Positions 1-8,671 of a stretch of 64,000 nt of DNA are shown here, in pieces (positions within the stretch are counted from its first letter, which is position 1; each line of letters opens with the position of its first letter). The translations under genes were made by a program, and so were the position numbers. The notes beneath the pieces are model-generated. The model searched no databases and was not told the origin of the DNA. It saw only the letters and a list, made by a program, of their open reading frames with translations. The DNA comes from Minisyncoccota bacterium (GTDB taxonomy: Bacteria > Patescibacteriota > Minisyncoccia > Phycocordibacterales > Phycocordibacteraceae): positions 48,097 through 112,096 of the forward strand of contig DASWXP010000002.1 of assembly GCA_036405415.1 (NCBI GenBank). The letters are read 5' to 3'.

Positions 1-50
1 TTGCTGGAATTGGCTTTGGTAGTCGTTCGCTCATGAGTGCAAGTATACCG

Positions 51-929
51 CTAATCAAAAAGCTCTCCCAAATACCCGTCTATGACCCGCTGGTCGAGCT
101 CGTAGAACGCTTTCTTGTCGTCGTGGAGCCGCTCGGCCAGGTCCTTGCCAACGAACCGCCAGTGCCAAGGCTCGTATTGGTAGTATCCGTTGTTCTTCGG
201 ATAGGAGAGTATGAACCCGTAGCGCCATGCCCGGCTCTCAAGCCATTCGAACTCTTTCGTGCGGTCGAACCCTACGAACATACCGCCGATCGCAGGCGTC
301 GTGAAATCAACCGTGGTGCCAAGCTGATGCTCTGAATATCCCTGGTCCGCTGAGAAGGCGTTCGCTCCTGAGCCGTAGCGGACCTTGTATCCGGCCTTGA
401 GCGATGCCTGCGCATCGAAAGAGCGGTATCCGGACGCTACCTTTAGCGACAAGCCTTCTTCCTTCGCGTCCTTGAGCAGGTCCTCGAGGAAGGGAAGCAT
501 GCCCTCGTGCACTTCGTAGGTCCTGCCGCTCTCGAACCCGAACTCTTCCGGAATCGTAGAGAGCGACGGCGGCGCATAATTCTCGTTCAGGAAATAGACC
601 TTCGAGTACTTCACAAGCAGCTCAGGGTCCATGGACACCTGCTTCGTGAGCGTCTTCACCGTGTCCTTCGCGTCATCGAGATCGTCCTTAAGAGTCCCTG
701 CTTTCTGCTGCTCGCGCTCGAGCGCTTCCTTGAGGAGCGTACCCTCCTGCACCTTCGCACGAAGCTCCTCGGAGAGCGCGGCAAGCTCGGAAGCGTGCTC
801 CTGCTGGGCAGCGGCGAACGACGCGCGGAGCGCAGAAAGCTCTCTGGACAACGAGAGCGCCCAGACCCCGAGCGATAGGGAAAGGATCCCAAGCGCTACA
901 GAGACTCCGGCGAGTACCCGGACCCGCAT
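51..929 (-). CDS. D-alanyl-D-alanine carboxypeptidase, peptidase M15 (VanY-like), N-terminal TM plus coiled coil
   Basis: Motifs SGYRSFDAQ, SEHQLGTTVDF and EPWHWRF are typical of the VanY/M15B zinc carboxypeptidase. Hydrophobic N-terminus. Confidence 0.7.
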   Translation of the reverse strand: MRVRVLAGVSVALGILSLSLGVWALSLSRELSALRASFAAAQQEHASELAALSEELRAKVQEGTLLKEALEREQQKAGTLKDDLDDAKDTVKTLTKQVSMDPELLVKYSKVYFLNENYAPPSLSTIPEEFGFESGRTYEVHEGMLPFLEDLLKDAKEEGLSLKVASGYRSFDAQASLKAGYKVRYGSGANAFSADQGYSEHQLGTTVDFTTPAIGGMFVGFDRTKEFEWLESRAWRYGFILSYPKNNGYYQYEPWHWRFVGKDLAERLHDDKKAFYELDQRVIDGYLGELFD

Positions 930-932
930 ACG

Positions 933-1298
933 CTATGCAATCTCCGCGAGCACCGCCTCTATCTCCTTGAGGCCCGCAGGCTTCACGAGATGATGCGAGA
1001 ACCCGGCCTTCTCAGCTTTCCGGAGGTCCGATTCTTGGCCGTATCCCGTAAGCGCGATAAGCGACGCCTTCACGGACTCATCCGTCCGGATGGCGCGCGC
1101 CACGTCATAGCCTTCGATATCCGGGAGCCCGATATCGAGGATGATGGCTTTCGGCTGGAACAAGGGAGCTTCGCGGATAGCGGATTCTCCCGAATACGCC
1201 GTCTTCACGGTGTGGCCGCGCAGCGTAAGGAGCTTTGCGAGCGCGTCCGCTGCCGCGCGGTTGTCGTCAACGATGAGGATCCGCATGCCGCTTTCCAT
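933..1298 (-). CDS. single-domain response regulator (CheY-like receiver)
   Basis: MRILIVDDN...ILDIGLPDIEGY...LTGYG...LVKPAGL matches the receiver domain with its phospho-acceptor Asp. The C-terminal motif is almost identical to the receiver of the hybrid kinase at 4896-6947. Confidence 0.8.
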   Translation of the reverse strand: MESGMRILIVDDNRAAADALAKLLTLRGHTVKTAYSGESAIREAPLFQPKAIILDIGLPDIEGYDVARAIRTDESVKASLIALTGYGQESDLRKAEKAGFSHHLVKPAGLKEIEAVLAEIA

Positions 1299-1377
1299 GC
1301 CTCTATCATGCGCGCTTTAGGTTGAACGCGCAAACCGCTTGCGCGGGTGCCCGCTGGGGCCGTAGTATGGGGAAACT

Positions 1378-1788
1378 ATGCCTTCTTCCAAATTCACCCC
1401 GATTGCCGTGCCGCTTCACGTGAAGCGATCGAGCGCGGGACTCGGGCTCTTCGCGGGCGCGCCTATCAAGAAAGGTTCCTGCGTCATCGAGTACGTCGGC
1501 CGCGAGCTCTCCGAAGAGGAATCCACCACGAGCAAGAGCAAGTACCTTTTCGAGATATCAAAGAAGCGCACGATAGACGGGAAGCCGAAGATCAATAAGG
1601 CGGGCTACATCAACCACTCCTGCGAGCCTAACTGCGAGACGGAGATAAGCAAGGGCCGCGTGTTCGTGATGGCTATCAAGAACATCAAGGAAGGGGACGA
1701 GCTCACGTACGACTACGGCGAGGAGTACTGCCTCGAGCACTGCGTGCCGTGCCGCTGTAACGCGAAGAAGCACCTCTACAGCACGTAG
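1378..1788 (+). CDS. SET-domain protein (putative lysine methyltransferase)
   Basis: NHSCEPNC and ELTYDYG are SET-domain signature motifs. Cys-rich post-SET tail (CxxCxC). Confidence 0.7.
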   Translation: MPSSKFTPIAVPLHVKRSSAGLGLFAGAPIKKGSCVIEYVGRELSEEESTTSKSKYLFEISKKRTIDGKPKINKAGYINHSCEPNCETEISKGRVFVMAIKNIKEGDELTYDYGEEYCLEHCVPCRCNAKKHLYST

Positions 1789-1789
1789 C

Positions 1790-2332
1790 ATGACGACGCT
1801 CGACGCTCCTTCTAAGGTCTATATCGCTGATTCTTCGATCGCGGGAGCCGGGCGCGGGGTATTCGCAAAGGAGACCATCACGGAAGGCGAGCTCATTGAG
1901 GCGTGCCCGGTCGTGGCGCTCGAAGACCGGAAGGACCGCGATCGCCTCAGGAAGACGGGCCTCGTGAACTACTACTTCCTCTGGGGAGAGAAGCGGGATC
2001 ATGCGGCCGTATGCCTCGGGTGGGGCGCGGTATACAACCATTCCTTCTCGCCAAACGCGCGCTTCGAGAAGCACTTGGAGGACAATCGGATGGATTTCCA
2101 TGCGATCCGCGATATCGCTCCCGGAGAGGAGATCGTCGTGAACTACAACGGAGACCCGCGCAACACGAGCCCGCTCCTCATCCCAGGCATCCCAGCCGAA
2201 GCCGGCGGAATGCCCGAGTATAAGACCCCGCGCATTATCCGCGGCATCGTTCGCCGTGCACGCCTCGCGCTCTCATGGTTCGCGAAGCGTCCGGTCGGCT
2301 CGTTCGCGCTCGCGCTCGCGGCCGCCGCTTAG
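1790..2332 (+). CDS. SET-domain protein (second, tandem paralog)
   Basis: Motifs GRGVFA, NHSFSPNA and EEIVVNY. The start is 2 nt after the previous stop. Confidence 0.65.
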   Translation: MTTLDAPSKVYIADSSIAGAGRGVFAKETITEGELIEACPVVALEDRKDRDRLRKTGLVNYYFLWGEKRDHAAVCLGWGAVYNHSFSPNARFEKHLEDNRMDFHAIRDIAPGEEIVVNYNGDPRNTSPLLIPGIPAEAGGMPEYKTPRIIRGIVRRARLALSWFAKRPVGSFALALAAAA

Positions 2333-2778
2333 GTGTAGCGCCCGTTCCAGTACGGATCCGGATCGAACGTATTGTCCGCGTCGTTGCGATCGAGGTCCCG
2401 GAACCCGAAGAGTCCCTTGCGGACGCGCTTAGGCGCGAGGTGCACGTGGCCGCTCTCGCTGCGCGCGATCGGCGTGCCAACCGATACGCGCGCGCCGTCT
2501 TCGACGAGGGTCGCGGAGAGGTGCAGGAACGTGAGTTCTGCGTAGGCGCGCTTCCCGTCCGGGAAATCCGAGGGGGTAGCGGACACGATCGAGAGGAATA
2601 CGCCGGCGCTGCCTTTGTGATGTCCTGAGAACGTCACGATCCCCTCGATAGGGGAGCGTATCTCATGGTTCTCCGTGATCTCTATATCGATCCCGTTGTG
2701 CTTCTTGGAGCCGATCGCGCCCCATGCGCGCGATACGGCATGCGGACGGATCGGATAGTACAAGGATAGCTGCGCCAT
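2329..2778 (-). CDS. peptidase M23 (LytM-like) domain protein
   Basis: Motifs HNGIDI and GHVHL match M23 metallopeptidases (HxxxD ... HxH). Confidence 0.6.
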   Translation of the reverse strand: MAQLSLYYPIRPHAVSRAWGAIGSKKHNGIDIEITENHEIRSPIEGIVTFSGHHKGSAGVFLSIVSATPSDFPDGKRAYAELTFLHLSATLVEDGARVSVGTPIARSESGHVHLAPKRVRKGLFGFRDLDRNDADNTFDPDPYWNGRYT

Positions 2779-2855
2779 TGCCCCTATCGTACCGCATTCA
2801 TGATGTCTTCAGTAGCGAAGTGTCACGCTGTAGCAGTATTCAATAACCCGCACCT

Positions 2856-3209
2856 ATGCATCCGTACGTCGCTCCATCCACTAAGCCCCTCTATCGCGGC
2901 ACCCAGATCGTCTGGTACGTGCTCGGCGTGATCGAGGCGCTGCTCGCGTTCCGCTTCGTGCTCCGTCTTCTCGGCGCGAACCCGGACGCAGGATTCTCAT
3001 CCTTCATCTACGGGCTTTCGTTCCCGTTCACCTATCCGTTCTCCGCGGTATTCGGCTCCACCGTAGTATCTGGCAGCGTCTTCGAATGGACCACGCTGCT
3101 CGCTATGGCGGTGTACTGGCTCGTCGCCTTCGGCATCGTGAAGCTCCTCTCGATGAGCCGGGCCGTAACTACGCCCGAAGCGGCGCAGAAGCTCGAGTCG
3201 CAGGTATAG
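2856..3209 (+). CDS. YggT-family small membrane protein
   Basis: FRFVLRLLGANP repeat-like motif and two TM segments are typical of YggT/Ycf19. Confidence 0.55.
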   Translation: MHPYVAPSTKPLYRGTQIVWYVLGVIEALLAFRFVLRLLGANPDAGFSSFIYGLSFPFTYPFSAVFGSTVVSGSVFEWTTLLAMAVYWLVAFGIVKLLSMSRAVTTPEAAQKLESQV

Positions 3210-3210
3210 A

Positions 3211-3243
3211 AAAACGCCCCGGAGCTGTCCGGGGCGTTTTTCG
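3211..3243. terminator. bidirectional Rho-independent terminator
   Basis: Stem acgccccgga/tccggggcgt flanked by an A-run and a T-run. It sits between convergent genes. Confidence 0.75.
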
Positions 3244-3507
3244 TTAGCGGCTGCGCCAGGCGTCCTCGAAGGCTTTCTGCGCGTCCGCATCAGTCGCTCC
3301 CGGGTGCTGCTGCTTGTATTCCTCGAGCCAGCGCGCCATGGCGTCAAAGTTCCTATCGAACGCTTCCTTGTCAGGAGCCGCTTCGCGCGCCTCGATGTAG
3401 CGCTCGAAGTCCTCGTGGCGCTGGTTCATATGCGCGATGGCTAGGCCGGCGAAAAGGCCGATGATAGCGCCAAGGCCGATAAGGAGATAGGTGGTCTGCT
3501 TGTTCAT
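3244..3507 (-). CDS. small membrane protein, hypothetical
   Basis: A single TM (LLIGLGAIIGLFAGLAIA) followed by a charged tail. Confidence 0.4.
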   Translation of the reverse strand: MNKQTTYLLIGLGAIIGLFAGLAIAHMNQRHEDFERYIEAREAAPDKEAFDRNFDAMARWLEEYKQQHPGATDADAQKAFEDAWRSR

Positions 3508-3554
3508 GGGATGCATCATGCCCTAGCATTCATGAAGCGTGGCTGAAGCCTTCA

Positions 3555-4167
3555 TTATCGAGAAACCGTCTTTGCGATTGCGCGAATAGCATCCGCATCA
3601 GATTCCTCTACGCTCTTGTTGAGCGGCGCGTGTACGATGAGGACCTTGGTTGCGGTCGCGCCGGTCTCGAGCACGAACGCGTAGAACGGTCCGCGATCGA
3701 CTTCGGTAACGGTTCCGGAAGGGAGTTCTGTGAGCGCACCGGTGAGGTAGATCTCGAACCCTGGCATGCCAGAATTCGTCACGAACGGCACGGCGCTCTT
3801 CACGCCGGTGCAGGAGAACGAGCCGGTCGGGCCGTCCGCGGCGCAGAGGTTCGCGAGCTCTCTGGCTGCGGTGTCTTGAAGTGACTCACCAGGCTCCCCA
3901 ACGAGCACCATCGCGCGCACGTCAGCGACGCTGTCGATGCCGCCTTCGATAGGGGTACCTATGGACGCCATGTCATCCGTGTATTCGAGGATGGAAAGGT
4001 TCTCCGGATAGGAGAGGGAGAACCCGTGCGCGTCGCTAGTGTATGCGCTAGCTTCGGTCTGAGCCTCTGGGGCCGGAGTCGGCTGGTTCGGGGTTAGGAA
4101 ATAGAGGAAGCCCAGCACGCCTATAAGAAAGACGATGCCGATGAGGATGGTGAAGGTGCGGTTCATA
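3555..4167 (-). CDS. membrane-anchored secreted hypothetical protein
   Basis: Internal start MNRTFTILIGIVFLIGVLGF (signal anchor). The upstream extension in the ORF track is Arg/Ser-rich and probably not translated. Confidence 0.5.
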
Positions 4168-4215
4168 TGGGCCAGTATACCTAAGGGAATAGCGGCCGCC
4201 CAAGAAAGGCGGCCG

Positions 4216-4833
4216 CTATGTGTGATCGATCGCGACGATGTGGATCTCGACCCACGCGTTAGGGTCGCCATCGCTGTCCTCGTCATCTTTCCGAACCCGG
4301 TACATATCCTCAGCCATGAACTCTGTAATGGTCAGCTCGTACCAGTGTGACGTCGCCGAAGTGATGATTCCAGGATAGACGGACGAAGGGTAGTCCGGGT
4401 TCTTTCTCCCGATGGGGAGCGGCACCAGGACTGCTGAAGGCTCAGAGACACCGAAGTGATATCCGAGTTCTTTCGCGAGGCCGCGAACCGCGGCGTTGAA
4501 AGGTTCCTCCTGATACTTGCACGTCTCGCGGATGGCGTATTCCTGCTCCTTCGTGACGATGGTTCCGTTCGGATAACTGCGCGCGACCTCGACCCAGCTC
4601 CGGCCCCGTGCAGGGTCGACAATCACGATCTTCACGTTCGTGACGATCCGCTTGATGAATCCGTCCGTGTCGCGGACGAGCACTATCTCGCGTCGCGTCA
4701 CTTCCTTGTAGAGATCACGCAAGCCTTTCGGGCTCGTGTTGAATGCAGCAAGGTCGATTCCTCTCCCGTGCGCTATGAATGCGACCATCTCCTCAAACGA
4801 CGAGGAGGGGTCGAAGGTGAGCTTCTCGCCCAT
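4216..4833 (-). CDS. hypothetical protein (weak Nudix-box-like stretch REtckyqEE...LAKELGY)
   Basis: The ORF looks coding (balanced composition). Only a degenerate Nudix-like motif, so function not assignable. Confidence 0.45.
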   Translation of the reverse strand: MGEKLTFDPSSSFEEMVAFIAHGRGIDLAAFNTSPKGLRDLYKEVTRREIVLVRDTDGFIKRIVTNVKIVIVDPARGRSWVEVARSYPNGTIVTKEQEYAIRETCKYQEEPFNAAVRGLAKELGYHFGVSEPSAVLVPLPIGRKNPDYPSSVYPGIITSATSHWYELTITEFMAEDMYRVRKDDEDSDGDPNAWVEIHIVAIDHT

Positions 4834-4895
4834 GGACGCCTCCTCTTGCTAAGGTCCGGGTTGACTATACCTCAAAAAATAAGGGAAATCAAGCT

Positions 4896-6947
4896 CTACG
4901 CGATCTCAGGGATCGCTTCCATAAGCTCGGCGAGCCCAGCAGGCTTCACGAGGAACCCGTCGAATCCGGCCGCTTTTCCGCGGGCCTTCACGTCGTCCGT
5001 GCTGAATCCCGTGAGGGCGATGAGGCGGCCTGTGTAGCCTTGCGCGCGCAGGGTCTCAGCTACCGAATAGCCGTCGCGGTCCGGAAGCCCGAGATCAAGC
5101 AGCGCTATGTCAGGACGCTCGTTGAGCGCCTGTTCGATGGCCTGTCCCGCGTCATACGCGTAGGCGACGCGCGCGCCGCGCAGCGACAGAAGCTTCCCGA
5201 TGCCCCAGGCTGCCGCGTCATTATCATCGACGACGAGCACCGAAGGCCCGGAGTCTCGCGCCGCAGCCTTGATGCTGGTCTCGGTTCGGTCGGCCGTACC
5301 CGCCGCATGCTCGGTAAGCGGAAGGCGCACCACGAACCGGCTGCCGAGCCCTGCGCCGTCGCTCAGGACGCTGATGGAACCTTCGTGCGCGGTGACGAAG
5401 TTATGCACGAGCGCGAGCCCGATACCGAGCCCCTTGCGGGTGCGCGAGCCCTGCTCGATCTGCTGGAAGGGGAGGAATATCGTATCGAGCATCTCCGGAG
5501 GGATGCCGATCCCCGTATCCTTCACCGTTATCTCGGCAGAGTCGCCGTCCTTGCGCAGCGTAATATCGATCGGGTCCCCGGGGTCTGAATACTTCGAGGC
5601 GTTCGTTATGAGGTTCGTGAACACCTGCTCGAGGCGCACCGGATCTCCCATCACGTAGAGCGCTTCTTTGGGGGCTCGGATCGAGACGGTCTGGTGCCGG
5701 TCCTCGATGTAGGTCTCGGTTGAGACAATCGCCCTGCGCAGAATCGCGTTCAGTTCCGTAGGCTCCTTCTTGAGAGAGAGCTTGCCCTCGGAGATGCGGG
5801 AGATATCGAGGAGGTCATCGAGCAGATGGCGCACGGTCTGCATGCGCTCCTCCATCATGATGAGCGTCTCCTGGTCCTCGTGATCCTTGGCGCGCGTCTC
5901 CTTCATGAGCTCGATCGCGCTTACGACAGGCGCAAGCGGATTCCGGAGCTCGTGCGCGAGGATGGCGATGAAGTCGTTCTTCGCGCGGGACTCGGACGAG
6001 ATGCGCGAGACCGCGTTCTCCAAGGTCGCCATCTGCGAGCGGATGAGCCGTGTGGCGATGCGGCGGTCTTCCTGGAGCGAAGAGATGATGAGGAAGATGC
6101 CTGAGAGCACGATCATGAACGTTTCCACCTGGAAGATGCGATCGTTAAGTGGCTGCGGATCCGGCGTTATATAGAGGCTTGAAAGCGCCGCGAGCGCGAC
6201 CAGGATGAGCGCGAGCGTGGTGAAGCGCGGACGAAGACGGAGCGCTATCCAGAAGAGCGGGATGAAAAGGGTGTAGACGAGCGGGAACGGACCGATGGCG
6301 GTGATATCCGCGATGAATATCGCGTAGCATACGCTAAGAAGCCCGCCGAAAACGATGAGCGTCTCGAGCGTCTCAGGGAGGGATCGCGCGAACCGCGGCT
6401 TCGCGAACCAGCGCAAGATGAACGGGACGATAACCACGAAGCAGAACACCGTGCCCGTATACCAGTAGAGCCAGGACAGGCTCCCGAACGGCTCGCCCGT
6501 AACGAAAGTATTGAGCCAGCGCGTAAAGACGCCGAAAGTCGGCACTACCACCGACGAGATCATGGCTGCGGCGAGCGTGATCAAGATGTCGCGCGTGCGC
6601 CTGAATAAGGGGTCGACGCCGGCACGCCTGAGGATGGTCGCGCCGAACCCGGCCTGAAGCGCCTGGGCGAATGGCATGATAAGGAGGTACACGAGCGGAG
6701 ACCCGAGCACGAAGTTGCTGATCAGTGATGCGATGTACACCACGGGCCAGATGCGCGCGCCCGCGAAGAAGAGTACTGATACGGCGATCGCGGATGCAGG
6801 GAAGAGGATGGCTATGTTCGGCAGGAACATCGATGAAACCCAGAGCGCGCCGAGGTATAGGAAAAAGAGGAGGAGACCGATCTTCCAATGGCGACGTACC
6901 GCGCGAAGGAGGAAGGAAATCATCGAAGTCTTGGTCATGGCGGGCAC
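4896..6947 (-). CDS. hybrid sensor histidine kinase (multi-TM sensor, HisKA, HATPase_c, C-terminal receiver)
   Basis: About 8 N-terminal TM helices. H-box AHELRNPLAPV. G-boxes DTGIGIP and GLGIGL. Receiver VLVVDDN...LLDLGLPDRDGY...LVKPAGL. Confidence 0.85.
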   Translation of the reverse strand: MPAMTKTSMISFLLRAVRRHWKIGLLLFFLYLGALWVSSMFLPNIAILFPASAIAVSVLFFAGARIWPVVYIASLISNFVLGSPLVYLLIMPFAQALQAGFGATILRRAGVDPLFRRTRDILITLAAAMISSVVVPTFGVFTRWLNTFVTGEPFGSLSWLYWYTGTVFCFVVIVPFILRWFAKPRFARSLPETLETLIVFGGLLSVCYAIFIADITAIGPFPLVYTLFIPLFWIALRLRPRFTTLALILVALAALSSLYITPDPQPLNDRIFQVETFMIVLSGIFLIISSLQEDRRIATRLIRSQMATLENAVSRISSESRAKNDFIAILAHELRNPLAPVVSAIELMKETRAKDHEDQETLIMMEERMQTVRHLLDDLLDISRISEGKLSLKKEPTELNAILRRAIVSTETYIEDRHQTVSIRAPKEALYVMGDPVRLEQVFTNLITNASKYSDPGDPIDITLRKDGDSAEITVKDTGIGIPPEMLDTIFLPFQQIEQGSRTRKGLGIGLALVHNFVTAHEGSISVLSDGAGLGSRFVVRLPLTEHAAGTADRTETSIKAAARDSGPSVLVVDDNDAAAWGIGKLLSLRGARVAYAYDAGQAIEQALNERPDIALLDLGLPDRDGYSVAETLRAQGYTGRLIALTGFSTDDVKARGKAAGFDGFLVKPAGLAELMEAIPEIA

Positions 6948-7000
6948 TATCCGCTTTTATTCATGAAGTCTACATGAATAGGCTCTGATAGAGTACCTCC

Positions 7001-7642
7001 ATGCATCCCGAACTGCTGCTCGTAGACAAGCCTAAAGGCATCACCTCCTTCGGCGTAATCGCGCGCCTACGGAAAGCGCTCAATACGCGCAAGATGGGGC
7101 ATGCGGGCACGCTTGATCCGCTCGCGTCCGGTCTCATGCTCGTGGGCGTCGAGAAGGGAACCAAGAAGCTTGCGGAACTCATCAAGCTCCCGAAGACGTA
7201 TGAGGCAGAGATCGTGCTCGGAGAAAGGAGGAGCACGGGAGACATGGAAGGAACGATCCTGGAAGAATCGGTAGCAAGAAACATCTCTGAAGACCTGGTG
7301 CGAAAGGCGCTCTCAGACATGGAAGGCATCATCGAGCTCCCGGTGCCCGCGTTCTCTGCGCTCAAGAGAGACGGGAAGCCGCTCTATGTGCGTGCGCGCA
7401 GAGGCGAGATGGTGGAGACGCCCATTCGCGCCATGGAGGTTCGGAGCGCCGTGCTAGATCGTATCGAAACGCACGGAGACAGGACGCATGCATTTATTAC
7501 ATTCGATGTAGGAAGCGGCACGTATATCCGCTCGCTCGCAGAAGAGCTCGGGAGAAGGCTCGGGCATCCTGCGACACTCGGAAACCTGAGGCGCACGAGG
7601 ATAGGGGAATTCGATATCGAGGACGCGCAGGCATTGCCGTAG
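7001..7642 (+). CDS. truB: tRNA pseudouridine(55) synthase TruB
   Basis: LLVDKPKGITSF, HAGTLDPLASGLML and GSGTYIRSLAEELG. Confidence 0.9.
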   Translation: MHPELLLVDKPKGITSFGVIARLRKALNTRKMGHAGTLDPLASGLMLVGVEKGTKKLAELIKLPKTYEAEIVLGERRSTGDMEGTILEESVARNISEDLVRKALSDMEGIIELPVPAFSALKRDGKPLYVRARRGEMVETPIRAMEVRSAVLDRIETHGDRTHAFITFDVGSGTYIRSLAEELGRRLGHPATLGNLRRTRIGEFDIEDAQALP

Positions 7643-7838
7643 CGTTCATGCGCGCTACAGCACCCATGCGCTTTCATGAGCGCATATGAACAACGCACAA
7701 GGATACCCGCGGACCGGAACGCAGCTGCGAGAAGAAGCGAAGCGCAAGGAATCAGGGAAGGCAGGGCGCGTCGCACAGAAGGGCGGAGCGCCTACCTCGA
7801 ACAAGGCGAGAGGAGGGAAAGGCGCTCGCTAAAAGCAA

Positions 7839-7868
7839 AAGAGACCCTTGCAGGGTCTCTTTTATTTT
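7839..7868. terminator. Rho-independent terminator (downstream of tRNA-Asn on the minus strand; also T-run on plus)
   Basis: Stem aagagaccct/agggtctctt with loop tgc, then ttattttg. Confidence 0.7.
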
Positions 7869-7869
7869 G

Positions 7870-7942
7870 CTCCGCGGGCAGGATTCGAACCTGCGACCAA
7901 TCGATTAACAGTCGACCGCTCTACCGCTGAGCTACCGCGGAA
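7870..7942 (-). tRNA. tRNA-Asn (anticodon GUU)
   Basis: Cloverleaf with acceptor UCCGCGG/CCGCGGA, D-loop with GG, anticodon loop CUGUUAA, T-loop GGTTCGAATCC and discriminator G. Confidence 0.85.
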
Positions 7943-7975
7943 TGGTAGCTGCCCTCCGGGGGAGGGCTAAGGCAC

Positions 7976-8003
7976 ATAGTAGCGAAAATCCCCGATTCGG
8001 CAA
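7976..8003 (-). promoter_or_regulatory. sigma70-like promoter for tRNA-Asn (-35 TTGCCG, 16 nt, -10 TACTAT)
   Basis: Read on the minus strand: gTTGCCGaatcggggattttcgcTACTATgtgcc, about 30 nt upstream of the tRNA 5' end. Confidence 0.45.
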
Positions 8004-8027
8004 CAGAGGGCTTGGTATACTGGAAGC

Positions 8028-8267
8028 ATGATCCTCTATGTTAAGAGCGGCTGCCCGTTTAGCGCGAAGGTCCTCATCGAAGCCTCTCTTATCGGCGTAG
8101 AGCTCGAGGAGCGGAACATCAAGGACGAAGCCTTCAAGGAAGAGCTCCTCCAGAAGGGCGGAGAGCTCCAGACGCCGTATCTCGTGGACGAGGAACGCGG
8201 CGTCGCTATGTACGAATCAGACGCCATCGTCGACTACCTTCATGCGACCTTTACTGACGGTCCGTAA
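8028..8267 (+). CDS. glutaredoxin-family protein (CPFS active-site variant)
   Basis: MILYVKSGCPFSAKV has a thioredoxin-fold N-terminus. TPYLVDEE...DAIVDYL is typical of glutaredoxin. Confidence 0.65.
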   Translation: MILYVKSGCPFSAKVLIEASLIGVELEERNIKDEAFKEELLQKGGELQTPYLVDEERGVAMYESDAIVDYLHATFTDGP

Positions 8268-8305
8268 AGTAGAGGGATACCAGGTTCTCTAACTCCGAGA
8301 TTCCT

Positions 8306-8671
8306 ATGCAGATCCACTTCAAAGGTACGAATTATGAGCTTCCTAGCCGCATAACCGCGCTCGCGCGCAGGAAGGTGGAAGCGCTGGGGAAATACCTCGG
8401 AAGGGATCGCGAATACGCGAGAGCGTACATAGACCTCGGGAAGGAGAGCGAGGCGCACCAGAACGGCAAGTTCTGGAGGACTGACATCAATCTCGATGCG
8501 GACGGAAACCGCTTTTACGCCAAAGCGGTAGAAGAGAGCATCGAGAAGGCGATCGACAAGGCCGTGGCCGAGCTCGCAAGCGAGATCAAGACCGCGCGCA
8601 AGCGCCAGCAGAGCCTCGTCAGGAAAGGCGGCGGCGTGATCAAGTCGCTTATGCGCGGCTTCCAGGGATAA
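8306..8671 (+). CDS. hpf: ribosome hibernation promoting factor (HPF/RaiA, short form)
   Basis: MQIHFKGTNYELP...RITALARRKVEALGKY is the canonical HPF N-terminus. Confidence 0.8.
   Translation: MQIHFKGTNYELPSRITALARRKVEALGKYLGRDREYARAYIDLGKESEAHQNGKFWRTDINLDADGNRFYAKAVEESIEKAIDKAVAELASEIKTARKRQQSLVRKGGGVIKSLMRGFQG

Noticed and set aside
4216-4833. Considered calling this protein a Nudix hydrolase
   Set aside because: The Nudix box spacing (G-x5-E-x7-REUxEExGU) is not satisfied. Only a loose resemblance, so it is left as hypothetical.
7676-7930. 84-aa plus ORF
   Set aside because: It overlaps tRNA-Asn and its terminator, and is Arg-rich.
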